Positions 14,001 through 28,039 of a stretch of 64,000 bases of DNA are shown here, piece by piece. The position numbers and the translations under genes are program-made. Source of the DNA: Marsupella aquatica. Taxonomy: Eukaryota; Plantae; Marchantiophyta. Each line of letters begins with the position of its first letter. The first letter of the stretch is position 1. Under the pieces are notes generated by a model. It was given only the letters and a program-made list of their open reading frames with translations. It had not been told where the DNA came from and searched no databases. Location of the stretch: assembly GCA_973895155.1 (NCBI GenBank), contig OZ316892.1, positions 15,977,040 to 16,041,039 on the forward strand, in the 5' to 3' direction.

Positions 14001-15014
14001 GTGATAATTTTGATAAGGCATCCGAGAAGAATGCAAGGTAACTGAATACTAAAAAGATGAAGGCAAAGGACCCTTGTGAAGCTTCGACTGATGAAAACAG
14101 ATTGGGAATGATGAGTTCATTCAGAATGAGCCGCGGACCGTTTAAGAAGTGAAAACATAAAGTTTGAACTTGAATGAGACTAGAGGATGCCCTTAAGAGA
14201 AGAGATGGGGCTTTTCATGGAATTAATCAAGAAATTCCAACTTGAATTATGGATCACCCCGACCACCTTAGATTTTTTGCCACAGCTCCCTTGACTCATT
14301 GGGTCATCGTGGAGCTTAGAATTTGACTTTGACTTTGATTTGATGTTGTGTTGTGAATTCAGAATAAGGAAGTTGACTACATTCGACGAGTGGAACCCAG
14401 TGATTGGATCCATCTTTAGGTTAGGGATAGTCCGTTGCCATGGGGTATGAGGATAGCGGCCGTAAGTTCTTTTTGCTATGGGACTGGAAACTTGAGGAGA
14501 GAAGGAAGAAGAGCCAAGAAGAAGAGTGTAAGAGGAGCGACGACGTGAAGGAAGCTCGGCGGAGACTAAAATTGTGTCCAACATGTTTGGGGGAAACCAT
14601 CGATGAGCTTGAGGCCGAGACCTGACCTGATGATTGAGCTGAGTTTAGTGGAGAGACCTGAGTTAGGAGATGAGCCACCAAAAAACACTTTGTAAACCCG
14701 AACCAAACTTCATATTTTGAGAATGATTGAAATAAAAAGTTGAGTTTGGATTATTTTATGTGATCGAAATGATGAAATGCTCTTGTGGTAAAAATGTTTA
14801 ATTGTTATGGAAATGTGAGTGATGCGTTGAATTTAGATGAAAGTAGAAACTTAGCATTTTAAGTTAAAATAGCTTAGTGTAATTTCGTATTAAAAATGGA
14901 AACTGAGTAAGGTTAAGAAAGATTAAATCAACTTAAGAAAATACCATAATAAATCTGAGTCCCTAAAAACATTAAAAGTCTTCTTTTATACCACTTTAAA
15001 CTGGTCCCCGGACA
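11069..15014 (+). mobile_element. Ty3/Gypsy 3' fragment: integrase C-terminus, PPT and 3' LTR (12167-15014)
   Basis: WPDYLPLALMVDR...GYAPAELMMGHLPLMPIEE; PPT GGTGGGGGTGAA followed by TG at 12167. Homologous to the minus-strand copy at 29311-32393. Confidence 0.85.
14273..14340 (+). mobile_element. LINE family B extreme 3' end (~70 bp)
   Basis: TTTTTTGCCACAGCTCCCTTGACTCATTGGGTCATCGTGGAGCTTAGAA(TTTGAC)n matches the end of the 10029 copy. Confidence 0.85.
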
Positions 15015-17929
15015 CCGTTGTCTCTGCCCTCGACCCAAGCTGAGGAGTACCCTTCTGGTTGCCCATTGTACACCGGAGCTGAGGAAACAATTCTTCCATC
15101 CACATAGCATTAATGACAATCCAGTGAAGCAATGGTGTCGTACCTAGCAAACTTGGAACATTGTGGAGGGAATTGCTATTGGTTTGCTGCAAACCTCCCT
15201 ACGCCAGGTCAGTGATATAGTCCCCGCCAATCGGTTGCAGGAGTGGGAGTGTGAGTCAATTGAATCGCTTATTGAAATAGTCTAAAATGATTTCAAGAAA
15301 TTCGGGGACGTTGTGGAAGGCAAGTTTTTTAATACAATGTGGCCGTCCAAGTATCCCGACAAGGCTGACTACACCCTCAAGAATCAGAAGAGGGCCAAAC
15401 GATACCTGTACCATTTCTTCATGCATATGGAGATTGTGAAGCCAGATTACTTTTGGGCATACCCTGCTACTTTCCAAAAGTGGATCGTTGTTCCCGAAGG
15501 AGACATACTGGCCGACGTGTATTCAATGTATCCTGTTGAAGGGTGTCTTCCACCAAGGAAACTGTCAGAATGGGAGAGAATTCATTGTCCATGGTATTTG
15601 GACACCGATAGATGGGACTCTCTATTCGGCGACACTGAGAAAGACGCATTTCATAAGCTTTTGAAGTCTCAGGTCCCTCCCAAGTTTGTGTCCGATATGA
15701 AGCAGGGAATCAAAGGTGATGTGAGCAAGTCAACGGCATAATTGCAAACGGTGTGCAAAACTACGGTTGTTCATGTTGACCAAAGTCGCAAACCCAGAGC
15801 CAAAGTAAAAACCAAAGCGGCGGCACCGAGTACCTCAACGCAGTCTGCCAAAAAATGTAAGTTGTCATTCAGGTTGTAGCTTCACATTTTGGTTAGCGCC
15901 AGGCGCTGCTATATGACTATGTCTATTGGTTTGTTTTTTCAATTGGTTTGGACAGCGTCTGGCGCTATTATTCAGCATTGAATAAATTCTGCTCTTTTTC
16001 CTTTAGGTGGGAGAAAGTCTGACGCTGCAACCGACAAAACAAAAGTAGATGCCACTCCAGAGCCTTCCAAAGCCAGTACCGATGCCCAATCAGACCCAGT
16101 AACTCCAATTGACAAAGCGAAAGAGATCGTCCCTCTTGATGCAACCAGTACAAAGAAGAAGAAGAAAAGGGCAATTCAAGCTGGAGAATCTTCCCGAGAT
16201 GATGCCGCTGGAACTGGTGTTCAGAGAGATGTGGGTACCTTCAAGAGTAAATCTTCTAGGCATTGCATGGTGGAAACAAGTATCCAAGAATTTATTGATA
16301 CTGCTTTCAACAAAGCAGCAAAACCAGATTGGGTGACTGATGCAGAGAAATGGGGAAAGGTCCTTAGTTTGTTATTAGTGAGGATGTAGAGATCCTCACA
16401 TGAGCATTTGACTCATTTATTTGCTTTGTATTTGGCTTTTTTGCCACAGCTCCCTTGACTCATTGGGTAGTCGTGGAGCTTAGAATTTGACTTTGACTTT
16501 GACTTAATCAAGTATCCCGGGAAAAGGGAGTCATCCGAGGAGGAAAAGAAAGATCATTTGGTGTCAATGCAAGATTCATCTATCTTCCTACTGGACTTAA
16601 ACCTACGCTCATGGACCATCGGGTTCCAAAGTGGAATGTACCAGACCACACAGTTCCGAGTTCTTTCTTGAAAGCGATGGACCCTTTCCTTTCTGATGAT
16701 GGCATGCTTGCGATCTTGTATTCAGATGACCATGACCAGGTCTCGCAGGTCATTTCAGCATGCCAGCAGTCAAAAAAGTTCCATTGTGTCAATTCTCACA
16801 ATGTCGTCATGTCTATGCCCATGTACAGAGCAAAGACCGATATTCAGGTACAGATCATTGCATCTCTTGTTTATTGTTAGCGCTCGGCGGTAATTTAGTC
16901 TTTGCTGTAGTTCTTGAGACATTACCCATCGGTTGATAATTTTAGCCAAATGTGTGCGATGCATGCAGGTATTTACCCTCAGGCTAGACATATTTTGCCG
17001 AACTTCTTCAAAGGGAAAGGTACCAAAGGATCCAAGGTTTAAGCCTCTATCAATAAGTGAAGATCCTTCAATCTCTAACTTGATTGGGCTCCCAACCTTG
17101 AAGATAGATCATTGCTCGGCATTGGATTTTGCTGGGAACGCCTGTCTTTTGGTTGGTTTTATGCAGTCGGTGATAGAGCTTTTTACTCTTCCTGGAGATA
17201 TTGTCCTTGACTGGACTGTAGATTCAGGAAGCACATTCATTGCTGGTGATTTTTCTGGTCGTTTCATGATTGGGTTGGAAAATAGGCGTGAGTTTGTTGA
17301 GACTGCATCAAGGGTTTTCTTAGAACTTGTTGATCCCAAGCATGTTCCGATATTGCCTCGTCCTGTGACCAATTTAAGTGGTCGCAGAAAGAAAGATAGG
17401 CTTCGTTCTGTTCTCAACTTTGATTCCGATGAAGAGGAAGGTACCTCTGGAGACGTCGAAGATGACACAGAGAAAACCCAGGAGGAAGATTCTTCGGAGA
17501 AGAGCGAAGACTAAGACGAGTAATGTTCTTCCAATAAGCTTCTTTATCCTTTCAAGTGTTGTTGACAATTCTGGGTTCTTGCTCTCTTATCCCCTAAACT
17601 TATATTTTTTTCCGTTTTACTGGATCAGGTCAGAATGGAATCTGAGGAAGCATTTCCAACTCCGGAGGAGACTAGCTAGGAATGTAATTGTCACTCCTAA
17701 GAAGCCATTTGTTTTGCCCTCATACGCTGAAAATTTTGCTAGGAGGGTTGACAAAATTAGAACGCTTTGTTGGGAAACAAAAGGTCTACGTCTTCAGAGG
17801 GGAGCAGACAGAAAGTTCATGAGAAACCCTTATATAGATGATGTTTCCCAAAACAAGTACATTGATGACAAAGCCGAGTCCAAGGACAGATCTGAAAGCT
17901 CCGCATCAGAAACATCTGATAGTTTGTAG
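15014..17929 (+). pseudogene. ParB/amino-methyltransferase-like gene, copy 2 (duplicated middle plus complete 3' end)
   Basis: Duplicates ~8517-11068, then continues to VIELFTLPGDIVLDWTVDSGSTFIAGDFSGRFMIGLE (SAM-binding motifs X/I/II of beta-class N4/N6 MTases) and an acidic tail. Introns at ~15857-16006 and 16848-16968. Confidence 0.7.
16357..16505 (+). mobile_element. LINE family B 3' end (~145 bp)
   Basis: Matches the family B 3' UTR and tail; absent from the duplicate at ~9860. Confidence 0.9.
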
Positions 17930-19572
17930 GTAGCAATGGGGTTTTCTTGAAATACGTCATTTAATGTTTCAATATGTAACCATTTTGATGAATTGGCCGA
18001 TTTTAAGCCCTTTCAAGTTTTACTAGCGCCAAGCGCTCCTCAAACATACTGTCACTATTATATTTTTATTTCAGATTCTTGAAGTGTGAGTTGTGAAGAC
18101 GTGTTCTCAAGTGCAATATTGGCTAGCGCCGGACGCTTCCCAATTTTCTAAGGGTTCTTTGGTGTGGATTCTTTCCGGACTGTGGTTGCATAATGTTTTG
18201 GTTTCCGTCCAATTTTGTGGTATTAGGTGAACTTGCGGGAACGGTCATGGATCTTTGCACCTAGATGGCTTCCGAAAAGACCCTGATTGGGAGGAGGCTG
18301 GAATAGACGATGGTTGTCTAGTGGGATTAGAGTAGTAGCGCTAGGCGCTACTCAAAGGTTTTGGTTAATTATAACTGAGTTAAATAGCGTTCCGAGATTG
18401 AACATTTCATAACCCCCTTCATTAAATATCCTCCGAGAGTGCAACTGGTACAAATTATAGACTCTTCACAGCGCCCGGCGCTAGCAATAATCGTGGAGAG
18501 TTCCTACCGCTACGAGTTTCTTATATTTACTCTTGTTTTTTTTTGTGTCTTTTGTAAACACCTCGCCTTTGGCGCTAGTTTTACCAGCGTCGGGTGCTAC
18601 CAGTTTTGTTTTTCAAAAGTAACTTTGCAGAAAAACATGCAGGAAAGAGCCATCCATTTTCCTGTTACCAGTCTTTTTCCGTGTTACCAATTTCTGTTAT
18701 GAATGTCTGTTTCCTGTTTTCCTGCCTTTTGTAAACACCTCGTAGAGGACACCTACCTAGCAATCCTACTGCATTCCCCGAGAGTCATTGCATGTTGCAA
18801 TATTCGTCAATCATTTTCTTCACTCCTGATAGAAGAATATAACATCTGTCTAGATCCCTGGGATTGATGACCTCCTTGTCATCAAGAACCTCAACATCCA
18901 CTTGGTGCTATCATTGTCACGATTAGGACACGCCTCTCGAAATAACTTAATCTAATCGTGTCTCTTTAGCTTCTCCGGCAAGGTCATTTTCTCCAACGGC
19001 TAGGTTATTCGTATCGGCCTGATGACTTATGTAAGGTCTATTATCTAAATTGGGTAGGTTCCCAATTGTATTTACATTCTCAATATTGGGCATATCCTCG
19101 ATATTGGTACAAGCTTTAGCGGGTCCTTCAATGACCGGCTCTCCCTTGTCCCCTCCAATGCTGGCTTGGTTTTGTCCCTCGGCTCCTCTAGTACATCCCC
19201 TACTTTTGTAGTTCTAACTCAAATACAAAGTTGGGAACCTTATTATGTGGTGGTGATGGTGATAGAGGCTTAGTGGCTTTTCCTTTATGTCCTCTGTTAA
19301 CCTGATGGAGCTGTAGAGCAAGCTCTCACAACGTTACTGTTTGCTCATCCATCCTAGAGTTGATTGGCCAAGCCTTTTCATTGGTCTCATCGGCCACTAA
19401 ATCCCTCTAACCAATTACCACTTCATAATCCATGCGTACCTGATTTGCCTTGGTCTTGTACACCTCCAACTCTACTTCTCCAAATTCCATTGGTCCTATT
19501 CCCTTGTCCGCTTGACCCACTCAACGTCCAAGTTGGCTTGAGCTACCTGCGCTTCTTCCATTTGGGCAAAAA

Positions 19573-19826
19573 TCAAAGTCAAAGTCAAAGTCAATTCTAC
19601 GCTCCACGATGACCCAATGAGTCAAGGGAGCTGTGGCAAAAAAAAGCCAAATACAAAGCAAAGAAATGAGTCAAATGCTCATGTGAGGATCTCTACATCC
19701 TCACTAAATACAAACTAAGGACCTTAAGAGTCACTAATGTGTAATGCTATCACATCGTTTCCTATCCACTGCCATGATATACAATCTAAGTTGCTTTGGT
19801 GGCAACCTAAATAGATTATGCAGATC
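19573..19826 (-). mobile_element. LINE family B 3' fragment
   Basis: Near-identical to ~10031-10277, including the GTCAAA tail. Confidence 0.9.
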
Positions 19827-21030
19827 TCAAAAAGAAGAAATCTTGGTTCGGATTTACAAAAAAAGTTTATTTGGTTGCTCATCCTCTAACTCAAGTTTCC
19901 ATACTAAGCTCAGTTCAGGTCAACACGGTCTCGGTCTCAAGCTCATCAATGGTTTCCCCCAAGCATTTAGAACACAACTTCAGCCTCCGACGAGCTTCCT
20001 TCATGTCTTTGTTTTTCTTGCACTCATCCTCTTGACCATTCTTCCTCCTCTCCTCCAGTTTCCAGTCCCACAACAAAAAGAACTTACGGCCGGTAACCTC
20101 AAACCCCATGACAGCAAACAAACCCTAGTCTAAAAATGGATCCAATCACCGGGTTCCACTCATCAAATGAATGTAAGTCGATCAATCTTTTCCTCTAGGG
20201 TGTTTTAACACAGCTTTAATCCTTCTTGACTTGGACTTTTCTTAGGAGCACTCGTAGCTTCAGGTGTAGACTCAGTTCAGTCTCAGCCTCATACTCCAGT
20301 TTGCTCTTATTCCACACCTTCACTCAATTACCATGCTGTCTGATCCTCTTGAGTGCCACCTCTCTTATTGCTTACACTTAACTTCCTTTGTCTTCGGCTG
20401 AATATCTCTTTTCTCCTTTCCTTAGAAATCACAGTCGCGTTTCCACTTCTCTTCTCTCGACTTCCGCCCGTGAATTCCTCTCCATATCCATGTCACTCAA
20501 GTCACCAGTATGCCACTCCTTATCAACTTTACTGTCCACTTTTTCTCCATCATTTCTTGTTTCCTCCTCGAGCGAAGGGAAGTAAATTTCTTTTGTTTCC
20601 TCCGAATGCTTCACTTTGTACTTTTACGTTGTCCCTTTTCCTCTCGAGCTTTTGATCGCACCCCACTTCTCTCTTTGTTTACACTTAAGTCCCCGCATTC
20701 GGCTGATTCACTTCTCTTTTCTTACAAGCTTCCAAGCCTCAACCCTCTGTTTTGAGCCTCTACGCTCATATTCTCACACAATGGACGCTACGTTCTGCCT
20801 CATTCACGCTAAAAAAACACTCTCCAGTGCTTACTATTCTCACTTTCAGAGTTACCAAAGAGCAATAACTCATCTCTGCAACACCATTCTTTCTCCTGAA
20901 TTCATCTCAATTACTCAAAAGCTCCAAAACAGATCATGCATACACATCGCTCCCCAGTCCATCGATTTCACTTCTACCTGGTTCCTTCAAATTCCTTATC
21001 ATCCACCGTCTTCCCTTTCTCTTTTTGCTG
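19827..21030 (-). mobile_element. Fragment of an LTR related to 12167-15014
   Basis: ~19845-20165 is clearly homologous in reverse complement to ~14390-14705 (same RKFFLLWDWKLEERRK translation). The extent beyond ~20170 is inferred from composition only. Confidence 0.65.
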
Positions 21031-21032
21031 AA

Positions 21033-23426
21033 ACAACCGCTTATGTGTCTGTTGGAAGAGAAGGTTCGAATTGGTGAACTCCATGGCATTAGGATTGATC
21101 ATAATTACGAAAAAACTGCTGCACCAATTGTTTGCTGATGACACAGGCCTGTTTCTTCATGCATCTGAAAGTGAATTTCAGATGGCACACGCTACAGTGA
21201 GCACATACGAAAGGATATCAGGGGCACAATTGAACCTGGATAAATCTATCATTATCCAGATGGACAGATCACCACAGCAGGATTGGATGTCCACTTGCAG
21301 ATGTAAAGTGGCAGGCATTGGAGACATGCAAGTCTATCTAGGCTGCCCAATTGGTAATTCCTTGAAACCCACACAGGAATTAGAGTTCCTCCTTGGAAAA
21401 GTTTGCAAACGGCTCAGACATTGGTCAAATCGCTTCCTTAGCCTTGCTGGACGAATTGTCCTCCTGAAACACGTCTTAAGAGCTATTCCAGTGTACCACC
21501 TTATGGTCCTCAATCTGCAAAAGCGAGGGTTCCAGCAGTTGGAGAGAATCTGTAGGAATTTCCTATGGGGCCAAAATAAGGATGGAGTGCCAAAGAAAGC
21601 ACTCATTGCTTGGGATACCATCACCAGACCCTTTGAAGATGGAGGGTTAGCAATCAGGCCCTTTGAACTACAAGCCCAGGTTCTCAAGATGAGGAACATC
21701 CACAAATTGATCACTGATTATGACGCTGCATGGGTTGGGATGGCACATGCTCTAATCAGGCGGATGCTCAGCCTTGGACCTCACAAAAAGGAGAGAAGAA
21801 GGTGGGAGGTGGGTGCTGCTCTGTTGCTTGATCCGGGAATTCGAATCCCCAATGCCCCCATGCTGAACTGTTTGTTGAACGGATGGGACAAGGCATGTAG
21901 TAATCTGAGGTTCATACCCTCAGCCAGTACCTTGCCTCAATCTCTCTCAATTGACCAACTCTTGCGTCTTCTCGACAAGCAACTACAACTATCCAGACAA
22001 GACAACTACAAGCTGAAGAGTCTTCTAGCAAATTGGCAGGTACAAACTATTAACGACATGCATGATGCTCAGAATAGAGAATCCAGCCAATGGAAGACTT
22101 TGGCTGAAATGCAGGTAACATCAGGACTACCAGGCCACGGGGGGTACTAGCCTTGAATAGCCTGCTAAATATCCTTATTGGGAGCCAAGGAAAAGCTGAC
22201 GTCAGCCTTGCTAACCTAATAGGATGGAACTGGGAATGGGCTGATGGAGAACAACATGGCTGGAATCTCCCCACACACATTTGGGCCAGCATGAACAAGG
22301 ATCGTAACATGCCAATCCTCAATCTCAATCGTAGATGGCACTTGCTGGACACCACCGCAATGTGGCACCAGCGATGGAAACACTTGTGGAGAGGCTGGAG
22401 TGCACCTAAAGCCAGACTTGTTATTTGGAAAGTTTTACATGCTGACTTTTTTACTAATTCTCGTGCTCTTAAGTGGGGCCTCAACAATGGCCTGTGTCCC
22501 AATTGTAGCTGTACTACATTGGAGAATTCTGATCACATGTTCAGAGACTGCCCGGCTATTACTCAAAGGTGGGATCTCCTTGAACACGTTGCACACGATA
22601 TAGTTTTTGACAAAGCTGTTGGGTTCTCGCTGTTTGGCAAGATTGACACTGCCATCCGGACCCAGAAGAGAAATCCAGGGCAAATGCTTCTGCTGGCGGA
22701 AATGCTCAATACTCTTTGGCTTGAAAGATGCCCAAAAATTTTCAACGCACCCTCTACTAGATTTCCTCTACATCTCATCCTTGACAGCGCCATGCTGCAT
22801 GCTAACATTCTTCTTCAAAAGACGAAGACTCTCAAAAAGAAATCTGCTATCACGAAGGCCAGAGATGGACTTGCTACCATGGTCACTAGAGCCACTGACA
22901 GGCACAACAACACGGTTACCAGCAACCATGCAAGGACAACCTAGAATTTGGGTTATTGGTAGGATTGGTATGGGCTGCCTCACCTCCCCTTGGTTGGGTG
23001 GTGGTTGGCAAGCCTGTAGTGACAGCACCTCATACTCTGATCACAATAGTAAGCAACTTAAGAGGAGGTCTCTTTTTGTTAGGAATTGGTATACTAGGTG
23101 GGATTATTCTGAACCTAATGTCTTTGCTGTCTCTCCTTGGAAGCCCATCCATTGGAACTGCCATTTTGTGCATTGGAGATGGGATTGTAGGTGGATTCAT
23201 TTTTTGGCCATTAGTAGGTGGTTGACTAGGACTCATTCCCGCCCTAAAGTCTTAACTTAGGGCCCTGGGGCTTTGTTTCTTGGGCGCCGGTGCTGCTGCG
23301 GCCTTTGCCGGTGCTCTTTTGCTTGCTGCTGGGGTTTGCCCCTTGCCCCCCCTCTGTCCTTGCCGTGGGGTTTCTTGGGGCTTTTTTCGTGCAATAAATT
23401 AAAATTTATTATTAAAAAAAAAAAAA
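21033..23426 (+). mobile_element. 5'-truncated L1-clade LINE (RT C-terminus, zf-RVT, 3' UTR, polyA)
   Basis: HQLFADDT, YLGCPIG, LSLAGRIVLLKHVL, GGLAIR and CPNC...ENSDHMFRDC. One in-frame stop at 22150. AATAAA at ~23393 and an A-tail to 23426. Confidence 0.92.
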
Positions 23427-23980
23427 GAGTTTTGAGGGATGGGCTCTTATTGCCAGATATTGCACAATGCCAAACAGTACCATAAAATATCCGGACTTTG
23501 CTTTAATTAAGTGCACTTTACATCGAGCCTGTACATCCTCGTAGGCTACGGGATGCTTTTCACGACGCAGGAGGCAGGAAGCGAGTGAGAGGTGCCGACT
23601 CCTCCTTCCTGGAAGGAGTCGGCGTACGGGGATCGAGCGGGTTTACGCGTCTCCGTGCTGCCCGCGTGATAATCCCGCGTGTTGGGGTGCGTGCGTGCCT
23701 GCGAGCGAGATCATTCTTGTCGTTCGCGAACCTGGGAATCCTGTTCCATGGCTTCTTTGTGTCGATTATTGCTCTTGAAACAAGGAAGGGCCTGCTCAGC
23801 GGTGGTGGCAGATCGGTGGTGGCTGATCGGGATTCGTTACACAGTCGACGGTCCACTGTGGCTGTAAGTGCGGTGCAGGATCGCATCGGCCCAACATTAG
23901 ACAGACCTCATCGGTGTTCGCCGATGAGGATTCGTTGCTTAGCACCAGATACACTGTCTTGTGGCGTCGGGCGGCGTTAA

Positions 23981-25920
<1,940 letters not shown>

Positions 25921-26444
25921 ACTGGCGTTCAGATTTAAGCAACTCGCGTACTGGTGTACTTACCCTTTTTAATCACCTAATGGTGGTAATACACCATTGT
26001 TTCCGTGTATACGCTAAGCACCTGCCTACGTGGACAAGAACGTGGAAGTTATGATTGGTCGTTGAAGTGTACATCAAAGGTGTCCAATTTTCCTCGTCTA
26101 CGCTGGCCATTCGGTAGTTTACGTATCTTCCCCTAGTGAAGAATTAGAGCTATCGAATAGTTTTTGGTTTTAGTTTGCTACTCTTCTCAGTTCTCAGTGC
26201 AGTAGCTATGTCCCCTTTGCCGGGTTTTGGGTGCCTGGCGACCACCCTCGTCCTTAATCAGTGTTTTCTGGCAGCAGATGTCTGTCGGGTTTTTCTGCTT
26301 CAAATGCCAGTGAATTTTGAACGGTGTTCGCAGTGTCCGATGACTGGTGCCCTCTGGACACTGTATGCTATTTTTAGGTTATTTTTTCTGGTCACGTGCT
26401 CTTCAAGTATAGAAGATGCTTATGGGCTTACATGAGGTATGGCC

Positions 26445-26567
26445 ATGATTACTTTCTCCGCTGACACATTTCCCTTTAACTGTGTATAAGGAAGGTACAA
26501 TTTTTATGATTACCTTCTCCGCTGACACATTTCCCTTTTAACTGTGTATAAGGGGTACAATTTTTAT
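26445..26567. repeat. Tandem duplication, ~61-bp unit x2
   Basis: ATGATTAC.TTCTCCGCTGACACATTTCCCTTT...GGTACAATTTTTAT occurs twice. Confidence 0.9.
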
Positions 26568-27259
26568 ACATTTGGGCAGATTACGAAATTGGTGGTTTTG
26601 CCAGTGTATAAGTACTACAAAATATGGACGGCAAGTTCTGCCACTCCTGACTGAACTCCTACCAGTGACCTTTTCGGCTGCCTGGCTGGTCACTTATGTG
26701 ACCCCGTACGTATGTTCGACAACTTCCCAAGAATGTGCTATTCGATGGAATATATCTTTGGGTTGAGTTTGTTCGGTATGATTTGTGGATCTGGATCGTC
26801 TGCATTTTTTTCCAAAGGCTCAATTACGTCATAATGCAAGGCTGCTTGTTACCTTCGACACGAGACTGGACAATCCGCAATCTGTGATGGCATTCGAACT
26901 GGCAAGGATGGATGTCTCCAATAAGCAATATTTAGGAATGAATTTTGCTTCTACTATGGGTGACAAGACCAAGTCTGATTCGGTTGGCAACTATTGAGTC
27001 AATCTTTGATCTCCAGTTCGTATCATTCTACACCTCCATACGTCCCTCAACTTGTTTCCTCCACCTCCCCAGACCACAACTTGAACCTGGGATAAGCCAA
27101 GCCATGAACCTGGGAACCCAAATGGTTGTCTGTCAGGCACTACTAATTGGTTTCCTCCACATCGGCAGAATATAATGAACTCCCAGGAGGCACGGCATTG
27201 GCTCAATAAGAATTCTATCAATATTCAGGGTTACAATGAAATACGTTCATTAACTTAAG

Positions 27260-27780
27260 AATGACCATTAACTCCTATAATACACACTTGCAACACTTTT
27301 TAGAGTGGTTGGCACAAAAATTTAAAAATCTGACCAAATCACCATTAACTTTTGTAATACACACTTGCGTCACTTTTTAGGGTGATTGTTTTGCAGGGCA
27401 AAAAAAAACAAAAAATCTGATCAAAGAGAAGGAATAAACCAAAATTTAAAAAATCTGACCAAGAGAATGAATAAATAGTGACCCCCACTTTTTAGAGTGA
27501 TTGTCATACAAAGAGAAGGAATAAACCAAAATTGAATTATATTTACTATGAAGTAAATAGTGACCCCCACTTTTTAAAGTGATTGTCATTAAAAAATCTA
27601 CCAAGAGAATGAATAAACCAAAATTGAATTATATTTAGTGTGAAGTAAATAGTGACCCCCACTTTTTAGAGTGATTGTCATTCAAATTTGCAAGGCACAA
27701 AAATTAAAAAATCTGACCAAGAGAAAGAATAAACCAAAATTGAATTATATTTAGTGTGAAGAAAAGTGTGACCCCTTTTC
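27260..27780. repeat. Degenerate AT-rich tandem repeats (~80-120 bp units)
   Basis: Recurring CACTTTTTAGAGTGATTGTC, AAAAATCTGACCAAGAGAA and GAATAAACCAAAATTGAATTATATTTA blocks. Confidence 0.8.
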
Positions 27781-28039
27781 CAAGCAAGAAGTAAAGGGGA
27801 ATGTCAGGTAATGTCAATGCACAATAATCAAGTATTTTATGGACCATCTATATATAATACTATCCATGCATACTAAGCCCCATGCATAGAAATAGTACTC
27901 TTCATGCCTAGACATCCATACCAAATACCCCATGATAATTTATGTCCTAGGAGGAGTTTAATTGATTACAAATATGACAATGTAATAGAAAATATCAAAC
28001 CAAAAAATAGTACAAAAGGGCACAAATTTGTCCTTTTTG

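Larger units (their letters stand above)
4459..18599. repeat. Dispersed 15-bp palindrome TAGCGCCNGGCGCTA, about 20 copies
   Basis: Copies start at 4459, 4644, 6416, 6478, 6541, 6605, 6705, 6851, 7988, 9397, 9456, 10815, 15894, 15953, 16878, 18024, 18124, 18336, 18469 and 18585. Confidence 0.9.
3482..18745. mobile_element. Decayed Mutator-like DNA transposon with two divergent genes and a dispersed palindromic motif
   Basis: Transposase-like gene on minus and cargo gene on plus, with a shared 15-bp palindrome throughout. Right end has subterminal repeats (TTTGTAAACACCTCG at ~18551 and ~18728). Left end abuts a LINE. No TIR pair or TSD could be confirmed, so boundaries are approximate. Confidence 0.55.
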
